A stretch of 64,000 nucleotides of DNA from Camelus ferus (taxonomy: Eukaryota): positions 28,584,001 to 28,648,000 of the forward strand of contig NC_045697.1 of NCBI RefSeq assembly GCF_009834535.1, written 5' to 3'. Below the pieces are notes generated by a model. The model ran no database searches and was not told the DNA's origin. It saw only the letters and a program-made list of their open reading frames with translations. Each line of letters starts with the position of its first letter. Position 1 is the stretch's first letter. The position numbers were made by a program, and so were the translations under genes. Of the stretch, positions 11,376 through 25,358 are shown in pieces.

Positions 11376-14300
11376 GCTTTGAAAGTAATTTGAGATTGGT
11401 ATCTGTTGTTTGAAAATCTTGTGTTTAAAATAATACTTAGGGATTTGTCCATGTTGGGTTTTATAAAAGTTTGTGTTTAGGTGGAAGGATTACTGTAAGT
11501 GGTGGCAATGATGGTGAATATTGTCTTTTCCTTTTTTTAAGAAAAACACAATTTTCTTTCAACTTAGGTTTTTTTTTTTTTGTCAAATTAAGATCTATAT
11601 CAAATTAAGGCATTTCTAGCATCTTTTTGATAAAAGTATTCATGGAATTCTTGAATTCTTGGACTAAAACCTTTTTGGTCATAGTGAATACTACTTTATA
11701 TTTGTTATGGTATGTTAATCAAGATTTTGTTTAGAATTGCGTATCTTTTTAGTGAGACTAACCTGTATTCAGAAATGTACTGGTTACGTTTTGGGGTTCA
11801 GAGACATTATTTGTTCTATAAAATGTGTTTGTAATCATTCTATCCCTTTCATTGTTTTGAAACACTATGGGATCCTTCTTTGTAAAGTGGGATATAAGTT
11901 TGATAACCAGGAGGCCTTTTAGAGAGTTGTTAAATTTTTGTCAGTTTAGGTATTTTTTTAAAATCTCTTATTTAATATATTACATTTGATTTATTATCTG
12001 TTTTTAATGTATAGTAAACACAATGCGTTTCATCTCATTTTTTAGTTTCCTTTCTTTTTCTTGCTTTTAATTTATGTATTTTCTATTTTATCAATTGAGC
12101 CCATGACTTTTCAGTTCTATATATCAGTGAGTCATTGGTTCCATTGTTTTTTTTCCTTTTGTTTGGTTCAGTCCTTCAGTTTTACTCTTTCTTTTTTTCC
12201 TTTTTGCTGTTAGTACTTTGAATCCTTTTAAATTCCATCTCAAACATTCTTAGGTGATAAAAGAATTTGGAAGATTAAAAAAAAGTTGTTTTAAATTACT
12301 TAAGGATATAGGATCTCATTGTTAAAATTTTTGATTTATAGAAATATAAAGAATGAAAGTTTCTGATACCCATCCACCTTTTCCTCACTTTCCTTAATCC
12401 TAATCCTTTCTTCCGAAGAGAACCTTTAACTACTTTTTTGTGCATTTAGATATCTAGAAAACATAGAACTTTGAGTTTGTGAACTTTCATAAATACAAAC
12501 AAGAGTACAGACACACTAGAAGTATTTTAGCTCTGTGTGACGATAGATGATGTAAGGGAAAGCTTGTGTAGTATCACAGGACTTGTGAACAAAGAGATCT
12601 AAGAACAGCCTTTTGACACCTGACTCGTTTGTATGTAAGAGAGTTTTATAATCCTTTAGGTTTTGACAAGAGACTGCCACTAGCTTTGATTAATAAAACT
12701 TTAAAATACATATCAAAATAAATTTTTATTTTTTATTTTGTAATGTTTTATTATGATATTTCTGAACATTTTGCTTGAGTGTTTTTAAATGGCCATGTAC
12801 TGACTTCCCTTCTAAAAAAATTACCCAGTGGTATGGATAGGTTGAATATATTGCCAGTTTTATTTACCAAATTAATTTTTTTTTCCCTTAGGAAATACTC
12901 AGGTATTTTGTGGAGATGTATGTATTTGATGAGTTGTCTTTTTTTTCCGCTTTATTTTTCCTTTTAAAATTGTCTTAGTGTACCTGCAAGGAAATGTTGA
13001 GGTCTATGATTAAAATTATATTTATTTACTTTTAAAATTTCTGCTTTTTTTTTTTAATCTTAGCTAAACAGATATTATGGTATTTTTTGATGTGCTTGTT
13101 GTTTCTCAACGCTTTTTAGAAGATAGATCAGTTCTTTGTGTTCTCCCCAGAGTTGTTGAGTCTTTATCCATTTTTGTCTTTTAGACTTATGTATTCCTTG
13201 TTGTAGGGAATGATTACTGGATTTTGTTTTTTAATATATTTAGTGACGCATTTGAAGAGTTCACTGACATGTAAATTTATTGTTGCAACTGGTAACTTTG
13301 TGCTTCCATTTTATGTTTATCTCCATTTTTATTTGCATAAACTCTTTATTTAAAAACATAACTTACAAGGTAACTTTAACAGAATGCTATTATTTCCAGG
13401 AAATAATTAAACTTTTGGTTGTTTAAATATATGTTAATAACATTTAACAGTTAATATTCAAATAATCTTATCTCAAAAACTTTTTATTTCAAGCTTCTGT
13501 TGTGTCTACAGATATGGTAATTGACAAATAATTTCAGATCCTCCAGATCTTGGAAATATTTTAGTGACTCAAGGATGATTTTCATCTTGTATTTTCTTTA
13601 TTCAGGAATTTTTAAAGTGTATCTGAGTTATCTTGTCTCTTTAGCCTCATATATAAATGTCTTTGATACTCTCAGTATGTATGAATATCTTAAAAAGTAT
13701 TTTATTAGACAAAAGTACCATTATTACATCTAACAGAAATTAACCAAAACTCATGTGATAGAGTCCATATTCAGATTTCTCCAATTAGCTCAAAAACACG
13801 CAGACTCTTTTCATTTTTACAATGTTCTTTTTAGCTTTCATTCTGCAAATTTACTTTGTGTAGTCGGTATTCATAGTATAAATATCATGTTCTGTTTTTT
13901 CTTTACATATCATCAATACTTCTGAATGTTTATTTAGTGCTCATTTAATTTTTTAAACTTGAAGACTGTTTACGTTTACAGCAAAATTGACAGGAAGGCA
14001 AAGAGATTTCCCTTGTACCTCCTGCCCCTGCACATGCATAGCCTCCCCCATTATTAATATCCCCCACCAACATATATGTACATTTGTTACAATTGATGAA
14101 TCTACACTGATAACATTCGTAATCACTCACAGTCCCTAGAACCTTAGTTTACCTATGTTCACTCTTGGTGTTGTTTATTCTGAGTTTGGACAAATGTATA
14201 ATGACATGTATTCATCATTATGGGATTATACAGAGTATTTTTACTGCCCTAAAAATCCTTTGTGCTCTGCCCATACATCCCTCCCATCCTCAAATCCCTG

Positions 14301-17300
14301 GCAACCACTGATCGTTTTACTGTTTTCCATAGTTTTGCTTTTCCAGAATGTTATAGAGTTGGAATTGTACAGTATATAGCCTTTTCAAGTGGCTTCTTTC
14401 ACTTAGTAATACACATTTAAATTTTCTCCATATCTCTTCTTGGCTTGATAGCTATTTATTATTGCTGTATAATATTCCATTATCTGGATGTAACACAACT
14501 TATTTGTCCGTTCAGCTGCTGAAGGACATCTTGGTTGCTTCCAAGTTCTGGCAGTCATGAATAAAGCTGCTATAAACGTCTGTGTATGGTTTTGTAAGAA
14601 ACCACCAACTGGATTCATGGTGGCTGTGTAATTTTGTATTCCCACGAGGAATAAATGAGATACCCTGTTGCTCCACATCCTTGCCAGCATTTGCTGTTGT
14701 CAGTGTGCTGGCTTTGGGCCTTTCTAATCAATGTGAGTGGTATCTCATTTTAATTTACATTTCCCCGTGACTTAATGTGGAGCATTTTTCATATGCTTAT
14801 TTGCCATATGTGTATCTTCTTTGGTGAGGTGTCTGTTAAGGTCTTTGTCCCTACTGGATTTTTGTTTTGTTAACCGTTGAGTTTTAAGTGTTCTTTGTGT
14901 ATTTTAGGTAACAGTCCTTTGTCAGATATTTCTTTTGCAGATACATTCTCCTAGCTTGTCTTCATTCTCTTGATATTGTCTTTTGCAGATAAGTTTTTTG
15001 TTCTAATGAAGCCCTGCTTATCAGTTATTTCTTTCATGAATCGTGCCTTTGGTATTATATCTAAAAAAACATAGTTATACCCATGGTTATCTAGGTTTTC
15101 CTCTATGTAACCTTCTAGGAGTTTTATACTTCTATATTTTACATTTATGTTTGTGATCCATTTTGAGTTAGTTTTTGTGAAGCTTGTAAAGTCTGTCTAG
15201 ATTTCTTTTTCTTCTTCTTCTTTTTTTTTTTTTTTTCATGTGTTTATCTAATTGTTTCAGCAGTATTGTTGAAAAAGACTGTCTTTGCTCCATTGTATTA
15301 CTTCTTTGGCCAATACTACATTGTCTTGATGGTCTGTAGCTTTATAGTTAAGTCTTGAAGTTGGGTTGTGTCAGTCCATTTTTTGGTTCTTTGATGTTAT
15401 TTGTCAGTTTTATAGTTTTCCTCATATGTTCTTGTACATATTTTGTTAGAGTTACACCTAAATATTTCATTTTTGGGGGGTGTTAATGTAAGTGGTATTG
15501 TGTTTTTAATTTCAAATTCTGCTTGTTCACTCCTGGTATGTGGGACAGCAGTTGGCTTTTGTAAGTTAGCCTTGTGTCCCGCAACCTTGCTATTATAATA
15601 TTATCACTTAATAGTTTCAGGAATTGCTTTGTTAGTTCTTTCAGATTTTCTACATAGATGATCATTTCATCTGCAAACAAAGACAGTTTTATTTTTTCCT
15701 TCCCAATATGTATACCTTTTATTTCTTTGTTTTATTGCATTGCCTAGAACTTCAGATACGATGTTGAAAAGGGATAGTAAGAGGGGATATCCTTGCCTTG
15801 TACCTAATCTTAGTGGGAAAGCATTGTTTCCCATCATTTAAGTATGATGTTAGCTGTAGGTTTTTTGTAGATATTCTTTATCAAATTGAGAAAGTTCCAC
15901 TCTGTTCTAGGAATAATTTACAGAGTTTTTATTGTGAATGTTGGATTTTGTCAGATGGTTTTCCTGCATCTATTGTTATGATCATGTGGTTTTTCTTTTT
16001 AGTCTGTTGATGGGCTGGGTTGCATTAACTGATTTTTCGAATGTTGAACCAGCATTATATACCTCGGATTAAATCCCACTTGCTCATGGTATGTAATTCT
16101 TTTTATACATTGTTGGAATCAGTTGGCTAATATTTTGTTGAGGATTTTTACATCCTTGTCCATGAGAAATACTGGTCTGTAGTTTTCCTTTTGTCTTTGT
16201 TTGTTTCCTTTTAGTATTAGGATAATGCTGGCCTCATAGAATGAATTAAGGAGTGTTCCGTTTGCCACTATTCTTTGAAAGAGATTGTAGAGAATTTCTT
16301 TCTTAAATATTTGGTAGAATTCACCATTGACACCATCTGGGGCCAGTGCTTTTTGTTTTGGAAAGTTATTAACTATTAATTCAACTTCCCTGATAGATAC
16401 AGTCCTATTCAGATTGTTTGTCTTTGTGTGAGTTTTGGCGGGTTGTGTCTTTCAAGGAATCAATCTACTTCGTCTAGGTATCAAATTTGTGAGCATAAGT
16501 CGTTGGTAGTACTCCTTTATCCTTTTAATGTCTGTGAGGTTAATAGAGATGGTACTTTTCATTTCTGATACTTAATAATTTGTGTCTTGTCTCTCTTTTT
16601 CCTTAGTTAACCTGTCTAGAGGCCTTTCAGTTTACTTGATTGATTCAGAAAACCAGTGTTTGGTTTGGTTTGGTTGATTTTCCTTTGTTTATTTTCTGTT
16701 TGCAGTTTCATTGATTTCTGCTCTAATTTTTAAATTACTTTTTCTTTTGCTTTCTTTATATTTAATTTTTTCTTTGTCTAGTTTCATGATTTTTATTTTT
16801 CTTATATATGCATTCAGTGTAAATTTTGCTCTAAACACTACTGCAGATTTTATTAAGTAGTATTTTTGTTTTCAAAGTTCAAAATATGTAAAAATTTCTC
16901 TTAATATGTCTTCTTTCACCTATGTGTTATTTAAACTTGTGTTATTTAGTGTTTTGAGGTTTTCCAGCTATCTTTCTGTCATTGATTTCTAGGTTAATTC
17001 CATTGTGGTTTGAAAGCATACTTGGTATGATTTCTGTTCTTTTGAATTTGTAATGTGTGTTTTATGGCCCCAAATGTGGTCTATCTAGTAAATATTCTGT
17101 GTGATCTTGAGAACAATGTGTATTTTGCTGTTGTTGGATGAAGTAGTCTGTAGATAATCAATTAGATTGGATCCATTTTGATTGTTGGTGCTGATTAGTT
17201 CAACTATGCTCTTACTGATTTTCTGCCTGCTGGATCTGTTGAGTACTGGCAGAGGAATCTTAGAAGTCTTTGGCTATAATAGTGAGCTCATCTATTTCTC

Positions 17301-17536
17301 CTTGTATAATTCTGTTGCTTTTGTCTCATGTATTTTGAAACTCCGTTGTTATGCTCATACACTAAATATTTTTAATGTCTTCTTGGATAATTGACCTCTT
17401 TATCATTATGTCATGTCCCTTTTTATCCCTGATAATTTTCCTTGCTTTGAAATGTGCTTTGTCTGAAATTAAAATGACTACAGCTTTCTTTGGATAAGTG
17501 TTAACATAGTATACTTTTCTCCATCCCTTTACTGTT

Positions 17537-18575
17537 TTTTCAAAATTGTGATAAAATACATATAAAAGTTAATGTCTTTTAACCATTCATATTGTCATGC
17601 ATCCAGTCTCCAGAATATTTTCATCTTGCAAAACTGAAACTCTGTACCCAATAAACAGTAACTCCCTATTCCCCTTAACCTGCAGCCCTGGCAACTGCCA
17701 TTTTACTTTCTGACTCTATAACTAGAATCATACAGTATTTATCTTTTTGTAACTGACATATTTCACTAGGCATAATGTCCTCAATGTTCATCCATGTTGT
17801 AGCATGTGTCAGATTTCCTTCCTTTTAAAGGCTGAATAATATTCCATGTATGTATACCATGTTTTGTTTATTCACCTGCCAGCGGATACCAGAGTTGTTT
17901 CCACCTTTTGGCTGTTTTGAATTATGCTATCATGAATGTGAGTGTACAAATTATTTTGAGACCCTGTTTTGGTTCTTTTTTGAGTATGTAACCAGAAGAA
18001 CTGCAGGATCATATGGTAATTCTGTTTTCCCCTGTGGCTGCACCATCTCATATTCCCACCAGCAGTGCACAGGGTTCCCATTTCTTTACATTCTTGCCAG
18101 TACTTGTTATTTCCAGTTTTTTTGATAGTGGCCATCTCAGTGGATGTGAGGTGGTATCTCATTGTGGTTTGGATTTGTATTTTCCTAATGATAGCTATGT
18201 AGTGATATTGAGCATCTTTTTATGTGTTTGATGACCATTATATATCTTGTGGAGAAATGTCTATTCAAATACTTTGTCCATTTTTAGTTGGGTTGTTTGT
18301 TTTTTTGTTGTTGAATTTAAGAGCTCTTTATATATTTTGGATATTCACCACTTGTCATTTATATGATTTGCAAATATTTTCTACCATTCCGTAGGTTGCC
18401 TTTTCATTCTGTTGATTGTGTCCTTTGATACAAAGAAGTTTTTCGTTTTTATATAGTCCATTTTGCTTTTACACTTGTTGCCTGTGTTTTTGGTGTCATA
18501 TTCAAGAAATCATTGCCAAATACAGTGTCATGAAGCTTTTTTTTGTATTTTCTTCTTAGAGTTTTATTGTTTTTC
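17537..18575 (-). mobile_element. L1MB-like 3' fragment nested in the L1MC
   Basis: A new L1 3' end starts within the host ORF2; peptide MRYHLT...IKK; degenerate TSD tttactgtt (17528-17536, 18582-18590). Confidence 0.75.
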
Positions 18576-18624
18576 TGTCCTTTTACTGTTAATGTATCTG
18601 TCTTTATATTTGAAGTGGATTTAA

Positions 18625-19000
18625 ACTTTTTTTAATTCTTACTCTTTATTGAAGTGTAGTTGATTTGCAATGTTAATTTCATGTGCACAGCAAAGTGATT
18701 CAGTTATATATATACATACGTATATATACATTTATATATATATTTAGATTCTTTTCCATTACTGCTCATTATAAAAGATTGAATATAGTTCCCTGTGCTA
18801 TACAGTAGGTCCTTGTTTATCTATTTTATGTATAGTAATTTGTATCTGTTAATCCCAAACACCTAATCTTTTCCTCCCCCATCTTCCCCCTGGTAACCGC
18901 AGTTTGTTTTCTATGTCTGTGAGTCTGTTTCTGGTTTGTAAATAAAATTTGTATCTTTTAAGTGACATCATATAATGTTTGCCTTTCTCTGTCTCACTTA
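18625..19000 (-). mobile_element. Cetartiodactyl-type L1 3' UTR fragment nested in the L1MC
   Basis: Similar to the element at 1-612 (gtgattcagttatat, aatatagttccctgtgctatacagtag). Confidence 0.8.
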
Positions 19001-21435
19001 AAAGTAGGTTTTTTATAGATAATATATAGTTGAATCTTTTTTATCCACTTTAGCAGAATATTTTGGTAGTTATATTTAGATCATTAACCTTTAAAATTAT
19101 TATTGGTACAGTTGAATTAATGCCTACCATATTTTTTATTGGTTTTCTATTATTGCCCTTGTTCATTCTTTGTCTTTTTTGTCTTCCACTCTTTTCTGCC
19201 TTACCTGTTATAATTGATCATCTTATATGACTTTTTTTCTCTTAGCATATTAATTGTGCTTTAAAAAAATTTTTCTTAGTAGTTACCCTTTAATTTGACA
19301 TGTACACTTACTTAAAAATGCTCTTTCAAATAACACTTTTACTTCATATGTAGTGCAAGTACTTTAAAACAATTCACATTTCCTCCTTCCCATCCTTTAT
19401 AACATCTGTCATTCATGTCACTAATCCATAAGTTGTAATCACTGAATACTTTGTTGTTGTTATTTTTAATGTACAGTTATCTATAGATTAAGAATAAGAA
19501 AAATTAAATATTTTATTTTGCCTTCATTTATTCCTTCTCTATTGCTCTTACCTTCTTTGTATATATTCTAAGTTTCTGATCTATATCATTATTCTTCTTT
19601 CTGAAAAATTTCTTTTAACACTTCTTGCAAGACAGGTCTGCTGACAACAGATTGCCTCAATTTTTGTTTGTCTAAGAGGTCTTTGTTCTTAATTTCTGAG
19701 GGATAATTTCATTGGATGTAGAATTCTAGGTTGGTGGGGCTTTTTTCTTCCAAAACTAAATATATTTCTTCATTCTCCTCTTGCTTCTATGAATTCTGAA
19801 GAGAAATCTGATGTAATTCTTATCTGTGCTCCTCTATAGGAAAGGTATTTTTTTTTAACTCTGGCTCCTTTCAAGACTTTTTCTTTGTTTTGATTTTCAG
19901 TTTGAATATAGTATGCTTAGGAATAAATTTTGGAGGTATTTATCCTCGTTTGAACTCTGAGCTTCCTGGGTCTGTGATTTGGTATCATTAATTTAGGGAA
20001 ATTGTTAGTCATTATTGCTCCAGATATTTCTTTTCTTCTTCATCTGGTATACCCAATACTTACATGTTACATTAATTATATGTTACTCTGTTGTTTTTCA
20101 TTCATTTTTCCTTTGCATTTCAGTTTTGAAAGTTTCTGTTGACATTTCTTCTTGCTCACTGATTTTTTTCCTTGTCCCTGTTTATCTACTAATGAGCCCA
20201 TCAAAAGCATTTATTTCTGTTACAGTGTTTTTGATTTCTAGCATTTCCTTTTGATTCTTTCTCTGAGTTTCCACCTCTGCTTGCATTACTCATCTGTTTG
20301 GGATGTTGTCTACTCTTTCTGTTAGAGCACTTAGTATATGAGTCATAGTTTAAAATTTTCAGTCTAATTCTACCATTTCTGTTGGGTCTGGTTCTGATGC
20401 TTGCTCTACCTCTTTGTCTTTTAGTATACCTTGTAATATTTTTCTTAAAACCCAGACATCATGTACTAGATAAAAGGAACAGAGGTAAATAGGCCTTTAG
20501 TGTGAAATTTTATATTTGACTGCCTAGGGATTAGACTGTGTTTACTGATTACAGTAGCTGTAAGTGTCAGACTAAAATGTCCTCAGAAGTCCTTACTTTT
20601 GTCCCCCTGTTGTCTTTGGGGTTCCTTACAGATGTCATCTTAAATAAGGTCTGAGACATGTAGTTCTTTGAGTTATAATCTCCTGTTATTTATTATATAG
20701 GAGTCCTCTGGGTGTGGTGGTAAGGTTTAGGGGGAGGGGGAAGTGTTCTATAGTCCTATATTTGGGTCTCAGTCTTTTAGTGAGCCAGTGCTCCTAAACT
20801 AGGACCTTTAAAAGTGCTTCTCAACATCCTTCCCCCTTATGTGAGACTGGAAGGCTGGAGTTGGGTATTACCCCTCTTTTTGGTTGGGTAGATTTGTTAA
20901 AACCCCAACTGGTGTTTGGCTCTGGTGAAATAGTTTCTCTTGAGGGCAGGCCTTGCTAAGAACTAAATACTCTAGGCTTATTTCAAAATGGCTGTCAGAA
21001 GCTTGAGAGGATTTTTCTCTGATGTAAGGCCATAAGTATGTCCCCATGGCCTCAGTTTCTCATTTTTCTTCTAGTCTCTTAGTTTCCATGTTAACCCTGC
21101 TTTGGCAGGGTGACATGCCCTAAGCTTTAAATTTTTTTTTTTCAAACTGCTTAGAACATAGAAATCTTTCTTATTTCTTGAACCTTAGAATAGTAGGGAA
21201 AAAATAAGTCATTTATATTAAATTATGACAAAATAACGGCAAACTGTTAAACCTTTTAAGCCTAATTTGCAACAGATTAGGAAGAACTGAATTTCACATT
21301 TATTTACTTGATAATGATAAGCATTGTCCCTAAATTTTGGTAGTTGTGATTTGACTAGGAAACGAATTAATAGTTTCTTTATAGCATATGAGAATTATCT
21401 ATAACTTCAGGGGGTCATTTGGAATTATATTGCTT

Positions 21436-21571
21436 GGGAGGAGGGTATAGCTCAGCGGTTTAGTGCATGCTTAACATGCGTGAGGTCCTGGATTCAATTC
21501 CCAGTACCTCCTTTAAAAATAAATAAACCTAGTTACTCCTCCCCCCCCCTAAAAAAAAAAGAGACCAAAAA
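21436..21571 (+). mobile_element. tRNA-Ala-derived SINE (vic-1-like)
   Basis: gggaggagggtatagctcagcgg...ggattcaattcccagtacctcc plus tail; imperfect TSD aattatatt(g/ta)ctt. Confidence 0.9.
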
Positions 21572-21919
21572 AATTATATTTACTTCTCTGAAATTTGGAT
21601 TTGAATTGTATTTTAGAAAACCTTTTCCAGAATAAATAGGAGAGGCTAATCTGATACATCATCCCCTTTAAAAAGTACACTGTTTGCTTTAGGTAGAAGT
21701 GTTTTGCTCCAACATCATTATCAAAAGTCAACATATTACAGTGTTAAATGGCTAATATACATTCAGCATTTACTGTTTGCCAGGCATTAGTTGTGTATTA
21801 TTTAAATTCCCCAGTGAACTGTAAGTGGTAGGTACTATTATAATCCCCAGTTGACTGAGGCTGAAACTGAGGTAGAGTGGTTGGTTAACTTTCCCAAGGT
21901 CACATAGCTAGTAAGTTTT

Positions 21920-22035
21920 GTTTTATTATTATTTTTTTATTTATTCATTTATTTTTAGAGGAGGTACTGGGGATTGAACCCAGGATCCTGTACATGCTCA
22001 GCATGCACTCTGCTGCTTGAGCTATACCCTCCCAC
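21920..22035 (-). mobile_element. tRNA-Ala-derived SINE (vic-1-like) inserted in a MIR (about 21770-21919)
   Basis: Perfect 17-bp TSD catagctagtaagtttt (21903-21919, 22036-22052). Confidence 0.92.
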
Positions 22036-25000
22036 CATAGCTAGTAAGTTTTAAATAGGTTAAACAACAATACCTTATTCTTAGTGCTTTTATGATAAAA
22101 TCTTTCCATTTTTAGTTTTTCCCACAAGAATGTAAGCTCCAAGTGGGCAGGGATGTATTTTTGTCACTTAATTGTTTCACTGACACTTGAGATTGCTTTC
22201 TGGCATATAGTAGACCCAGGAATTATTTGAAAGAATTTTGTGATGATGATGTCAATTCACCAAGAGACTTGGCCTTAAGATTCTACTAGAATTGCTTTAA
22301 ATTCTGCACTGTTACTTATTAACAATGACGTTCATTTATTTACCACTTCCAGATTAACTTCAGCATTGTGTACTGTTCTGCATACTTTATTATGTATATT
22401 TTAATAAAATAGTTTATTTTAAAATTGTTTACTAGGAGTGGTAGCTTCTGTTCATCTCTTTTTCTTTTATGTGTTGGAAATGCATTGGAGCCACAAGGGA
22501 ACATCAGAAAAATCAAGACTACAAGAGGTCCCACTGTTGTGTTTAGATGAGTTGGGAGAAGAAAATATAGAAAAGCAACTAACTTCCCAGCTGTCCTCAA
22601 AAAATGTAATACAGTGAAAACAATTCTTCAGAGTTTTATCCAAAAGCCTCAGTCTCCCTGGTTGTTGCAGTCATTAAAATTGAAAGCACATTGTTTTATT
22701 TATTTTTAGAAATTACATTTCCATTCTTAGTTTGAAAACAAACCTGTGAGATAAATCTTATAAAAACAGGCCTTTGAAATGAAAGATTTTTGTAATTAAT
22801 TTTGTTAGAGGGAGGGTAACTATATGCTACTTCTATTCAGGAAATTTTCCTTTAATTCTAAGGTGTATTCTCATTTTACAGTAATAAAATTGAGAGTTAG
22901 ATGGTAAGTTACTTACTTGAATTAACACTGTAAGTAAGTGGCAGAATTAGGAACCAACTTACGTTTTACTCCAAAGGCTTTTCTAACAGTGTGTCATTTT
23001 GCGTTATTTTCCATGTTTTCCTTACAGTTTTTGAGTCTTAAGTCAGATTTTTAAATTAGTTTGTGTGGGCAGTGGGATTGGAGTTTTGGATTGTGGAATT
23101 ACTGAATGTTTGAATTTAAGTATGTATGTAATAAATGATCATTGTTGCATGATGGAAAAAAAACTGTGAAAAATCTTTGTCTTTAACTTTCCATTTTCTT
23201 TTTATCTTTGGTTATCTGTAGATAAAGACCCTACTCTAGAGCACAGAATATTTCTTTATAATGGGATTTATAATGGTGATTGTGTATTGAACTGATTTAG
23301 TAATTTTTTCATATACAAATAGTGTTCTTTCTCTAGAGTAAAAAAAAAAAAGAACCCATCTTTCTCTGAATTATAAGTTGGAGGGAATGAGAACAGAAAT
23401 AAATACAGAGGTATAAAAATTAATAATTATTTACTTAGCATTTTACTAACCAGACAGTTGGAGGCAATCTAGAATCCAGCTTTTCTAGTTTGTTACCTCC
23501 TACTACCCTCCTCCAAACTTTAGTCTAATTGTAGTCCTGTAGTATCCTGCCGTTTTAGGGTTATTTACTACTTTGGGGGAAAGGAGTATTACGGGTATTA
23601 TAGAGAACTTTGAAAGCACTGATGATTTCCTGGATTTGATTATGCTTGTTGTTTTCCTAAGAAATCTTTGGGGAGAAATAGATGTCTGTAGTTACACTTT
23701 TGGCTTCTTAAAATGGTCAGTGAAAATCTGATGCCTCTGATTTCCATTTTAACGTTATTCATTCCTGTGCATACTGAACAGAATATTTTACTGTTACTAA
23801 AATTGTACATTTCATCCTCTACTGTATATACCAAGAACGATAATGAACGATTTTGGGGGGCACAAGAAGAAGTTCCCATTATGTGTAGTTACAATTAAAT
23901 TTAATATGGGGGTAAAATTATCTTCAGAAAAAATATGAAATATTTAATCCCAAGTGTAAAAAACGGTTGTGAAATAAACAGTACTAATTAACATACATAA
24001 AGTAAGTTTTTTAATCTCATGATTTTATTAAAAGATAGGAGTCATATGAAATCTTTAAAGGTTGGGTTTTAAGTTATATGTTTTTTCTGTACTTAACATT
24101 TTGTACTAAACTATTTAACACAGAAAAAGTGAAAATGGTATCTTCTCTGGGAGTAGGGGGAGGAAGTCAACCTTAAAACATTAATTCTTACACTGTCATC
24201 CAGTAGACAAGTTTAAGAAGGTACGTTCAAAAGCAAAAATTTAGTCTTGAAATCTTGTGAGGCTTTCTTCCCTAAAAGTAGATGTGCCACTTGCTAAAAA
24301 CATGGAATCCTAACCAAAAAATGAAAACATAACTTGTATATTAAGAATTTATGTTTTAAAAAACTGAGAAAAGGGAAGATCACTGTATTAGGTGAATAGA
24401 CCAGTAAGATACTGGTATAGGTTACAAAATGTAAGTGGAGAGCCCATTTGCAAACAGGTACTTGTGCACATTAATGTGAATCCCACTGGAGGATTTTCTG
24501 AATCGTGATCACCGTTTACTGTAAGAATGGATTATGACAGGATTATTGAGAGATTGAAGTGATAACTATAGATATGAAATTACTTTGAGAAGTGTAAAGT
24601 ACAAAATAAATAGATGTAGATAAACTTAATATAAAAATCTATTTTGAAAAGTAGGTAGTTGCCATTGAGGTAAACTAAGCAGAAAAACAGATTGAGGAAG
24701 TCATTAGAGGATTTAGTGAGGCATTTAGGCTTCAGGAATTTTTGTAGAAAAGGAAATTTATTAGATCCTTAGAGCTTTCATCATCCTAGTTGATGGTGTA
24801 GTATTTCAGTTAACTTTAGCATCTAGAAATTCAAGTGAGAGGTTATAGGCTAAATGACTTTTAATGAATTTTTTGTTTATATGACTAGAACCCATGTAGC
24901 TTGGGGATATCGTATCACAGCGTTCATTTACAGATGAGTAGAACTATCACTTTGGACCTAACACACATGAAGTTGGCAAATATAAAATAAGTGCTATTTT

Positions 25001-25264
25001 TCTCTAAACATTCTTATGAAGTCAACAAGATGATGTACTTTTGTTCAAAGTGGTATGTCATTAAAAACATTGAAGTTAAAATTTGTTACTATTTTTGTTT
25101 CAAATATTAAAACTGGCTGAGTTCTAGAAAAGCACAGACTTATTTTTACTAGAGCAGATAAGCTTATGGAAGAGGGGGTTTCAAATTGTTTTTATAGGTA
25201 ATACTTTAAAATAGGCTCTTTTCTTGCTGTTATAACTAACATTTATTTTCTGTTTATTTTTAAG

Positions 25265-25358
25265 ACGAGCAAAAATCAAATTAAAGTAGATCTTGTAGAT
25301 GAGAATTTTACAGAATTAAGAGGAGAAATAGCAGGACCTCCAGACACACCATATGAAG
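25265..25358 (+). CDS. UBE2K: UBE2K coding exon 2 (T22-G53; TSKNQIKVDLVDENFTELRGEIAGPPDTPYEG)
   Basis: Pyrimidine tract plus AG acceptor (tttttaag|ACG); 94 nt. The translation matches the UBC domain of E2-25K as I recall it. The exon ends at a GC donor (AAG|gcaagt). Confidence 0.97.

Larger units (their letters stand above)
13944..21020 (-). mobile_element. Long, old L1MC-like LINE (3' UTR, decayed ORF2, 5' region) with two nested insertions
   Basis: L1MC1/2-type 3' end; decayed ORF2 peptides on the minus strand (FADEMIIYVENLKE = RT motif, TFIAALFMTARTWKQPRC); many stops and frameshifts. Confidence 0.85.

Noticed and set aside
12540..12630. C/D snoRNA-like arrangement (ATGATGT...CTGA)
   Set aside because: The C box is imperfect, the terminal stem is bulged, and I see no convincing C'/D' boxes or rRNA guide.
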